Shown here one piece after another: positions 1-9,617 of a stretch of 64,000 nucleotides of DNA. Numbering within the stretch: the stretch's first letter is position 1; every line of letters begins with the position of its first letter. The notes under the pieces were generated by a model. The model saw nothing but the letters and a program-made list of their open reading frames with translations. It was not told where the DNA came from and made no database searches. Both the position numbers and the translations under genes were made by a program. The DNA lies in assembly GCF_000143415.4 (NCBI RefSeq), contig NW_003314317.1, positions 1,164,164 to 1,228,163 of the forward strand, written 5' to 3'. This stretch comes from Selaginella moellendorffii (taxonomy: Eukaryota > Plantae > Lycopodiophyta).

Positions 1-1617
1 CACCAAAGCAGTGTGTATGAACATCCTTGTCTTCGTCCTCTCTGTGTAATCAAACGCAGCGTCAGCATGCTTGTACAAAGACTGACTAGAGGAATCTTTA
101 TCACCTCGTCTCCTTGAGAGCGATGTTTTGCTGGGAGAACGCATAATTCTTTACTTCCTACTCTAGAATGCGTGGTAAAGGAAGCCAGTCGCACCTAGAG
201 AACACGTTCTTCTGAATAGAAACAAGTCACAGTACCTGATCCAAATCGCTGTCACACGATATGTGCGCATCAAAGAACCCATAGTTTCCGTGCGATCTTC
301 CAGGCCCAGTTTCAAATGCAAGGCACTGCAAACGGAACCATCAATAAACAAAAACAAAAGATGAGAAGAATTCGGCTGTGAGGAGTTTTGGAAATCTGCA
401 AGCAGCTCAGCTGAACACTAGGTCACAGTATCCACAATTGTAGAAAACCTCAGAGAACTTTTTGTCGTAAAATCTAGCGCTGATCCTGTGACAAAACACT
501 GAAAGTAAAAATTGACTGCTGTCAAGAAAACTGCAAGCCTTTCTTGCAGCGAATTGAACTGTACCGGTTTGTGAGACAAATCCATCACGTGAAATTCACG
601 TGATGGCCCTCGTACGAACCTTGACAAGTTGCAACAGTTCCAACGCGCAACTTAGCGCCTGCCACCAGGAGAAACGGTGTCAGAGATCGCGCAGAAGATG
701 TGCTGTACCTGTTGCCGGGTGGTCCAGAATGAATAAACTATGAAATCTATCTCCTGGCCTTCAACCAATTTGCAGCAGTTTTCGGTAGGAGCGCTCAGTT
801 TGCTGTAAGATAACAAGATCAGTGATGGAAGAAGCTAAAAAAAGGTTCATAACATCCATGAATCCACAGCTCGCTGAAGCCTTTCATAATTCTTGGAAGA
901 CCTCTGGAGCTACCCGTAGAAGTTTCGCGCTTTCTCCCAGGAAAATACGGAAGTAAGATCAGCGAGAGAGCACTACACTCATGCCAGGCCAAGAACGCTA
1001 ACCTTTTCTAATGGATCCAATCCAGCTTTCTGACTGTTCTCAGGAGGAGATCGAGTTGCGCTACCTGGCTTTGCGAAGAAATACCCGCCCGCATTCCTGG
1101 AGCTCCACAAACCCTAGAAGCTAAATGAAAACCTGGAAAAAATCACCGCAGTACGACAAACAAAAGGGCACTCAGAAAAGATATCCATAGTGGCAGTGAT
1201 CTTTTGGCGCTCTAACGTGGTGAGCTTACACACCTGGGATGTGATTGCCATAAAGCAAGTTTGCTATGGATCAAATGTTTCCTCCTCTGTCAAGTTCTTT
1301 GCGTTTGCCGGGACCTTGAGAGATGGATCTGCTTGTTAGATATCCGCAAGATGAAAGAAAATACTTCTCCGTCGAAACAAAGGCAAAGAACTCGCCTGTG
1401 CCGTGTTGTGTTCATCTGATGCAGCTACCTTAGCCAAATCCGTCTATGCCGTCTGCGGCAATCGAACCCACCACGTTGTTAAAAGCCACGCTGGTGGTGA
1501 GCTAGGACGGAAGTGACCGGTTCTGAACGAAAGAAGAATTTCGTAGAAAATAGAAATAGAAGCACCATACCTTAAGTCTGCAGCAGAGATTTTACGGAAT
1601 CTCAGGCCGCTGTCCAT
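1..1617 (-). other. Probable multi-exon transcription unit of unknown function (runs off the window start)
   Basis: Repeated GT..AG short-intron signals on the minus strand; possible first exon ATG 1617 (MDSGLRFRKISAADL) followed by gtatgg. I could not build a consistent spliced ORF. Confidence 0.25.
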
Positions 1618-1648
1618 CGCTTTTAAACTCTGTCGTAGAGGTTATTAA

Positions 1649-2249
1649 ATGAAGTGTACCCCCCAGCTCGTGGAACTAGATCTACAAAAGGAAGTTTCGA
1701 ATTAAATTTCCGAGTGCAGATTGCTCTACTCTATTGCTAGCAACCAATCAACTGAACTAAGGTTTCTTACACAAGTAAGAGCGAAAGACGTACCCGGTAG
1801 TGATAGTCACCTGAATATTTGGGAGCACGAAACCGGTACCGCGACTTCCCCTTGGTACGGCACCTTCCAAGTTGCAACAATCTTCCTGTCATCGAAGATC
1901 TCGTCAGCAAAATGTGATCAATCATGCAGTTTACCATTGCTCTTTAGACGATGGTACATGAAGTGTACCGCAGCTTGTGGAACTGCATCTACAAAAGAAG
2001 TTTCGAATTAAATTTCCGAGAGTACATTGCTCTACTCTATTGCTAGAAACCTCACACAACCCAACCAAGACTTGTTACACAAGTAACAGCGAAACACGTA
2101 CCCGGTTAGTTGAATATTTGGGACCACGAAACCGGACGTTCATCGTGAAACACGACTTCCCTTTGCTGCGAAACCTTCTAAGTTGCAACAATCTTCCTGT
2201 CATCGAAGATCTTGTCAGCAAAAATGTGATCAATCATGCAGTTTTATTG
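1649..2249. repeat. Diverged ~300-bp tandem duplication (1649-1939 / 1958-2249)
   Basis: Both copies run atgaagtgtacc...gaagtttcgaattaaatttccgag...gttgcaacaatcttcctgtcatcgaagatc...aatgtgatcaatcatgcagttt, with indels. Confidence 0.9.
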
Positions 2250-2581
2250 TTAAGACTTGCCGGCTGTCCGAAGAAAGCGACCGCGCGTGCCAGAGAAACC
2301 GATTTATTTCGCCGACTTACAACAAGTTGCAAAAGCTCGACAGTATCGTCAGTTATGGATGGAATGAGCCAAAGGTACCAATTCCTGCGCAGCGACAATA
2401 TCAGTGTGAGAAGGAGCCAAGCCAAGCTTCGTAAGTCTTTAACTTTACAGCTAGCAGGAAAATGTTTCCGAGTCCACCGATGACTGCACATAATGAAGAT
2501 CGCTCTCCCACCAAAAGCCTCCAAAAGCTTGGGCCAGTTGATATATAGTACCTTGCAGCAAAGCACCGCTCCCACGCAGTG

Positions 2582-4123
2582 ATGGAGACCCTCAAGTTCT
2601 TGCTGCTGCTCTCGTCGTTCCTGACTCTTGCAAGAGCTGATCAGCAGCAGCCATGGGTATGGCTGGATCCAGATAGTGATCTCGAGCAGAAACCACGGCT
2701 TTCTTACCGATCAACCTGGCAAGGTGACAGGATAATGGATTTCTCCGCGGTTGGCTACCGAGGTGGGATGGATCCCATTCCCCCGGCTCCTCCAGTGAAG
2801 GTAACGTTGTTTCCTGGTGGTGGCGGCAGCAGCGACGACACAGAGGCGCTGCAAGCGGCAATAAACACCGTGTCTGCCATGCAACCAGACGAGCAAGGAT
2901 TCAGAGGGACTGTAAAACTTGCGAAAGGGACGTTCAACCTCGGTAAGCAGTCCATAGTGATCAACACCAGCGGCGTCATTATAGATGGCAGCGGCGTAGA
3001 CCAAACGCTGATCGACGCACACTCTCTGGAGGCCCAAGTTTTGTTCCGGATCCATGGAAATCCTGCGACGACAGTAAACAGCACACGGTCAGCTGTTGTC
3101 GAGACAGTTCCTTCCGGGAGCAAAACTCTCCGGCTAAGTTCAGTAGCAGGCTTCTCCGAGGGAGACCAAGTGAGTATTACCTGGACTTGGAGCCCCCAGT
3201 GGATCCAGATGATGAACATGAGCGACTACTGGCGGCCGGGATACGGCTACAAAGCCGAGCGGATCATAAAGACGGTCTCCACACTCGACTCTTCCATCCA
3301 GCTGGATATCCCTCTCCCGTTTCGACTGGACACGAACTACCTGGACGACGCTCACGGCGCAAGCGTCGAGAAGATATCCACAGCCCCCCGCATCGGCCGA
3401 GTCGCCCTGCAGAACTTCAAGGCGGTGAAGAACATCACATTTCCAGGCACGGGATGCTTCCTAAAAATGCAAGACGTGGAGGATGCGTGGATAACCGACC
3501 TGGAGCTCCACGACTTCAGCGGCACAATCCTGAAATACCCTAGAGAGTTGCTCCATACCTCGATCGCCATCGCTGGGACGAGAGTCACGGCCCAGAACTT
3601 GGTCCTGCACCGCACCGCGAACGCAACAAAGGGGCCGAAACCGTTCGACATAGCTCTCCACCGTCCTGGACAGCAAATACTCGTGAGAAACGTCACCGTA
3701 TCTGGGAACAGGGAATACAGCTTCATTACTGGAGACAGCATCGCCGGCCCCAACGTCTTCCACAACTGCACCGGATTCGGAGCCAACACCGCGCAGCCGC
3801 ACATGAGGTTCGCCACTGGACTGCTGTACGACAACCTTCGTATACCAGACGGTGGCATCGAGATGATAAACCGGCGATGGTTTGGAAGCGGCCATGGCAT
3901 TGCCGCCGCCTTCTCCGTTGCATGGAACACGGAGAGCAAAAGCTTGCAGGTGATCAGCTCTCCCGGGGCTGCAAACTGGGCGTTAGGATGCCGAGCTCAA
4001 GAGGTGAACGACAAGATACAAGGGATAAGCGAACCTGGATTCGTGGATGCGGTCCTAGATCCACGTATTCCCTCGCTTTTCCTGGCTCAGCGTCACGCTG
4101 CCGGCATGCCGGCCGTCTTCTAG
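2582..4123 (+). CDS. Secreted intronless pectate-lyase-3-like / right-handed beta-helix protein of bacterial type
   Basis: 513-aa ORF from ATG 2582. Signal peptide (METLKFLLLLSSFLTLARA). Motifs DFSAVGYRGG, DDTEALQAAIN, GFRGTVKL, QPHMRFATGLLYDN, NRRWFGSGHG, PSLFLAQ. TATA-like gatatatag at ~2541. Confidence 0.75.
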   Translation: METLKFLLLLSSFLTLARADQQQPWVWLDPDSDLEQKPRLSYRSTWQGDRIMDFSAVGYRGGMDPIPPAPPVKVTLFPGGGGSSDDTEALQAAINTVSAMQPDEQGFRGTVKLAKGTFNLGKQSIVINTSGVIIDGSGVDQTLIDAHSLEAQVLFRIHGNPATTVNSTRSAVVETVPSGSKTLRLSSVAGFSEGDQVSITWTWSPQWIQMMNMSDYWRPGYGYKAERIIKTVSTLDSSIQLDIPLPFRLDTNYLDDAHGASVEKISTAPRIGRVALQNFKAVKNITFPGTGCFLKMQDVEDAWITDLELHDFSGTILKYPRELLHTSIAIAGTRVTAQNLVLHRTANATKGPKPFDIALHRPGQQILVRNVTVSGNREYSFITGDSIAGPNVFHNCTGFGANTAQPHMRFATGLLYDNLRIPDGGIEMINRRWFGSGHGIAAAFSVAWNTESKSLQVISSPGAANWALGCRAQEVNDKIQGISEPGFVDAVLDPRIPSLFLAQRHAAGMPAVF

Positions 4124-4221
4124 TCTAGTCTGGCCTCAGCTCCATAGCCAGAGCTTCCGTCTGACTTTGAACTTTCATAATCGCCCTGGATCTCATCATA
4201 CCTATGACGCGTCCGAGTCGG

Positions 4222-4309
4222 ATTGATGGCAGAAGAATAGAGAGCACAAGCACCCAAAAGCCTCTCTAGAGCTGGTGGCTGCTGGTGCTCCCTGTCTTCT
4301 GTCAACAAT
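4222..4309 (-). ncRNA. MIR156: MIR156-family precursor; mature UUGACAGAAGACAGGGAGCAC (4285-4305)
   Basis: The minus-strand 5' arm matches the miR156/157 consensus. The 3' arm GUGCUCUCUAUUCUUCUGCCA (4227-4247) pairs with it, and the stem extends outward. Confidence 0.9.
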
Positions 4310-6900
4310 AGATCCATACCAATTTTTTGCATCTGGAGAGAAAACGAAAGAAAGAAAAAAAAAGGACAAGAAACCTTGACATTCTGAGAAGCGAAAAAAC
4401 TTATAAGCCGGATAAAGTTTTAAAGCTTATCTGATATAGTTCACATCGGACCGTCGATGTGTTCCGTCCAGCTTACTTTCCGAGTTTTTGGCTCCAGCAT
4501 TGAGAATAGTTAGTTGATTGGCCCAACTCCCAAGGGATCAAAGGACAAGTCGTGGAAACCACTAAAGAGGAAACAACAAAAAAGCTCAGACCTCTTTGAA
4601 GCGGTCAAAGACTCCGACCCGGCGCCATCCTGTGAGCTGCCTGTCCTTGCCAATTTTGCTAGCTTCAAAGGTGGACAGAAGACTATTTCCTCTTGCCTGC
4701 ACAAAAACAAAGTGAGAAATGTTTCAATCTCGTCAACACTAGACTAGCCTCCAAGTGATGTCATGGTTGCTGACGATTGATCAAAGTTAAAACTCGTGGT
4801 TGCTGCTGCGACAGTACTCTGCTATTCTGCATTAGCTTCAGTGCTGTTTGTTCTCTGAAAGAAGCTTAAAAAACGCCACCTACAAGCTGCCAGAGGCCCT
4901 GCTCTGCAACACCGTAAAATCATTTATGTATACCAAAACAAACTCCTCACAAGTCTCTCAGCACATACGGGAGACCGGACGGTCGAGGCAGGTTGATAGG
5001 TAACACCCATGGCCATGTGCAGACGGGACTCCACCAGGCAACTTGCGATTTGAGACAAAAACGGTTCAGCTTCCAGCAAAGAATTGCAATTTAAACATTG
5101 TTAACTTACAGACAGGAAGGCACACTCCGGCTCCGTCTTGCAGACTAAGATAATCAAAAGATAGCCGAGCTGAATGTTTCCGTGATTGTCCTTCCTGCTG
5201 GTAAACATCCAGATATTTTAAACCTGTACGATTTGAACCAAAATGCTCCCACCTTGAGTGGCTGCACGTTGGACATCTTTTCTGGGTACCATGGCAGTCT
5301 TTTGCGTAGTCTGAAAAGAAACGCATCTCAATCATGACTTAGAATTTACCTTGAGCAAGTCCATTTTTTGTGAACACTTTCGTTTTCGGAATAGTTTCGG
5401 GGGTAGCTCGCTCCTGATATTTCCGAAAGAGAATTCTTATCTGTCATCTTAGAGCTTAGAAGTAGGATTTGATAGCTTGAATTCGAGGTTTGCAGATCTG
5501 AACAATATAGCACGATCACAAACAAAGAAGGTATAGAAAAAGGACAGCGCTATCTAGCGAAAAGTGCTGCACCTGGAGGCAAGGTTTTGTCTTTTCGATA
5601 ATCATTTCGATATTATCGTTGAGCTGCAATTAGTATAATATGGTGTTTTCGAATAATTTCCACTTTCTACAGATTGTACCTTATAGAAAGGCATCACTGA
5701 TATCAGGAAGCAACATTTGAATCTCTGTGTGATTTTGAAAAGGAAGTGCACAATATAATTCGACTGAAAACGCTGTTTAATTAAATGAGAAGTTAAGCTG
5801 CCCCAACCCATTGTCTCGACGAAAAGCAAAAACTGTGTAATCTAGATTGCAAATCTGAGAACTCAATCAGTTTCCAAAATTCTGTCAAAATCAACATAGT
5901 AAACTCAGGACTTCATAGCTTTGTCAATACCAAAATGCAGAAAACCTGGAGCGGTGTAGTTTACAAGTTCGACAGCACCACACCACCGAGTTCATCGATA
6001 ACAATAATATCAGCAGGATCCTAGAACTATGGCAAGCATGACAGTTACGGCAAATCACACCTTTTCCGAGAGTAGTCTTTGTGGATAACTGGATAACCCC
6101 GGATAAGATTAGAGAAGTCCAAATTCCTGATGTGACTGAGCTGCAGAAACATCTCATGAGATCAGAAATAACAGCTGTATATAGCGAAGAGAATTACCAC
6201 AGGTTCTGCCCGAGTACTTATCCAAGAAAGTTTACTCGAAAACTCGTCTGCATATCTAGAACGGATTTCCTGCAAAACGTTTCAAAGTTTGCAAAGGAAA
6301 AAAATTGCGTTCTTAGCCAATCCAGTTAACTAGATTCCCATACCTTTTTCTTCAAGGCAAAATGCATTACAAGTGAGATTTGAAGCACCACTACGTGTTC
6401 AAAAAACGGGACTTACGCTACCGATGTTCATCTTAAATGTTGATTCTGAAGACCACTTTAGAGACCTGAATGCAAGAGGAAAACATTGATAGGTAAGATT
6501 TTTCTGTAGGCAATGGTGCACAGCTAACGAGCTGCTGACTCTGAAATCCGTGTTTGCACGATACTAGTTGCCAGCGAATGTTCAAATATATCTTCGCGTA
6601 GAATGCATTTACCTGCAAGCATTCAGTCAGAAAACTATTATGATAGTGGTCGAATTCTACCGCTCGGTATGTATCTGACCGGAAAAACTCGCAGCTGGTG
6701 TAGCAGCAAAGTTAACACAAGCCTGGCCATGAAGTGACCTGAGATAAATAGTTCTGAGAGAAACAACAGCGAAACTTACAGGTATTTCTGGATCAGTCCG
6801 CACCTATCAGCCTTGTTGGAAAATGTCAATCAATCTGCTTCTCAGCGAATGCCTGAAAGTGAACTTCGAATAGACAGGAAAGAACGCGGGCAATTACGGA

Positions 6901-6993
6901 CAGGGACTCCCGACAGAAGAAAAAGAGCACGCATCGAGGCTGCAATCAGAGGCAGTGTTCATGCGTGCTCTCTTTCTTCTGTCTAGAGGCCTG
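6901..6993 (-). ncRNA. MIR156: MIR156-family precursor; variant mature UAGACAGAAGAAAGAGAGCAC (6965-6985)
   Basis: Near-perfect stem between 6912-6934 and 6961-6983. A G:U pair favours the minus strand. Confidence 0.8.
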
Positions 6994-8840
6994 CTCGTCG
7001 CAAAACGAAACTCCCCTCAAGAGGCATCCAAGGATGCTCCAATTCCAAATCTGAGAGAGATGTGAGACGGATCATATGAGAACCGAAACCCTACCAGTAA
7101 AATTTATTGAAGAGCTCATCATTGAAGCAGAAAATACGGTTCAGCTGGGACAGGTCTTCCGCATCGCTCCAAGCAACACTGACCAAAGACTGGTCGATTG
7201 CTCTCGGAGAAAAGACGAAAATATTCCGTACCCTGCGTAATAAAAACTCATTGTCAATATATTATGAAGTTGCTTTACCATGATTAATCCGTCTTCCCTC
7301 ACGCGATCAAGAGCTTCTGCGAAAACAATTAGAGCTTCTGACTGAACTGCTCAAGAGCCTCTTGATGTGAATACAATGAAGCGATCACCACTGCTATCAA
7401 ACTCATTGAATTTTTCTTTTGTAGATCTATGCCTGCTTCAAGAAACAGTTAGAAACACAAGCTATTGCAAAATAGTTCTGAAATGTAGATTGAGCTGCAC
7501 AGAATATCAACACCGGATTTCACGTTCGTATCTCCTCAGAAAATCTGTCCATATCGTCGGTGATCGCATAAAGTATCGCATACTTGTCCCTGCAGATCAC
7601 GAAATACATAAAACGTGTGTACTGGGATCGCCCGCTTTTCGTCATGGCTATTAAACCGCACTCACCGGCCATAGTCTCAACCTGTGATCATCTGTCAAGA
7701 GCTGTGCTCCAAGTGCCTTGCACGGCCAATGCTGCGCTGACAATTATACCCTTTGAAACTGTTGCTGGTTGACTGCTGCGTTATGTTGCTCCGAATGCAT
7801 GTGTGAGGTTTTGACATCCACGCAGCAACTGCCAGAAATTGTTAGAAAACGATACGCTTCACTACATAAATATCCATATAACCCTCAGTGGTGTCATTCC
7901 TTGTTATCGGTACTACTATAGCCGAAAATAGAGAGTAGACTCAGATGGATCGGAAAAGAAAACGCTGCAAAGAAATACAACAAGAAGAAATGTCCCCAGA
8001 TGAAGATTGCGAATCTGCCAAGCTACTGAACTCCTACCTGTTGAATCCTTATGTTCGCTTATTTTGCGCTCCACTGGTAACGATAAAACCGATGCTAAGA
8101 ACGCAGTATTCTCCATCAACGGACATATTTACCACAACCTGCATTCAATGGAGGTTAACCTATTAGAGGCAATCAAGTTTGACTTACCCATGGCAATGCT
8201 GAAGACGTAAGAAAGCACGCATATACATACAGTGCGTGTTCAAGAGAAACTTTAGATCTTGATGCGAAAAACATTACTGCAAGCCACATGAACGGCAACG
8301 AAAAGCCCCGCATTCTCATATTCAAATATTAGCCCGGCAAACCACACCCGAACTCAGACCAGACAATGCGTGAAATGATCACGTTGCTGACCTTTTGTCA
8401 TAGATCGATCTGCTCGCCATTTGTAGCTCAGGTTTGGTGGCAATCAACACCTTTAGCGCTTTTATCCCTTTCCCTTCACAGTTATTCAAGCCAGAGGCAA
8501 CATCAAGAGCATACACATTTGTTAAATTCTTACACAGGCCTCGTTCTTCTTTGCGGATTAATGGAAAATGAATATAGGAAAAAACACTCATGAAAAGTCC
8601 TCGCCAAACAAAACGAAACTCACCGATTCAACCGCCAGATCGCACGCGACACCGCCCATGTCCCGTGCGTTGAAGCATTTCCTTTGCCACATATTTCACG
8701 TACTTGATCCAAACTGACGAGCAAGCACTTGCAAGAGAGGAAAAAGAAAAGCCTTCAGTGCAACAGTCATAGGATACCTTCCATGCATTCCTCGTGTGTC
8801 TTGAAACAGCGCCTAATGAGAGCGAGGCCTCAGAAGTTGC

Positions 8841-8928
8841 GATATGACAGAAGAAGAAGAGCACGCATGAGTGACACACTAGAACCAACGGCGTGCAGCC
8901 AAATGTGCTCTCTTTCTTCTGTCAAATC
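8841..8928 (-). ncRNA. MIR156: MIR156-family precursor; mature UUGACAGAAGAAAGAGAGCAC (8905-8925)
   Basis: Minus-strand miR156/157-type 21-mer pairs with GUGCUCUUCUUCUUCUGUCA (8845-8864); flanking GAU/AUC pairs extend the stem. Confidence 0.9.
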
Positions 8929-9617
8929 AGTCTCCTCTAACTGCAAGCAGATCGATTCTCAGCTTCACAAAATCTCGCCAGGAAATTTCTCGTCTTGCTC
9001 TTCCACACACCACGCAAAGAAATCCATCACCAACACCAACACCACACCGCAAGCAGACGCAAGATCCACAAGAAAGAGACCAAGAAATCAGCAGACAGCC
9101 GCTGATCCACAAGAATTCGAGCGCAAACGCCAGGAATCAATACGCGCGACCTGCATTCCACCACAAAATTTCGGTGGCGCAGCAGCGGCGCTGACGATCC
9201 CAGCAGCAATAGCGGCGCCATACCGGCCAGCGGCGCGGATCTTGCGACTTTGATCGAGGACGATGTGAGAGATGCTCGCGTCGGCGCCCTTCTTTAGCGC
9301 AGTTCTTCCCGTCGATAAAGCCTTTCTCCACTTGCATCACAGAAACCCTAGTTTAAAACCCACCGTGTCACACTAACAACCATACATCCCGTTGCGATCT
9401 AAGTATATTCTGTCCGGCGTAATTTGGAGGACTGTCCTTCAAGTGTACATTTTTTCCTTCGCGAAATCCCTGCTTGTACTTGAGGTGTGCTTTCCGCCGT
9501 GGAATGGCCAAACGAATTCCAGCCCTTGGATGCGAGGCATCCAAGGGCGCAATCTATGCTAGATCTGAGTCGTACACGTACACACGGTGGGAGAGTTTGA
9601 ATTTGAATTAAAACACA

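Larger units (their letters stand above)
4222..9340 (-). other. Putative spliced host / pri-MIR156 transcript
   Basis: Three co-oriented hairpins; many short GT-AG intron-like segments; no long ORF (ORF track shows none over ~175 aa); telo-box agaaaccct at ~9341. Coding status unresolved. Confidence 0.4.

Noticed and set aside
1571-1617. SPIKE1-like N-terminus (GLRFRK)
   Set aside because: Only six residues match; downstream exons show no DOCK-family similarity.
4134-4200. Possible C/D snoRNA on the minus strand (ATGATGA...CTGA)
   Set aside because: Weak terminal stem and no recognisable rRNA guide sequence.
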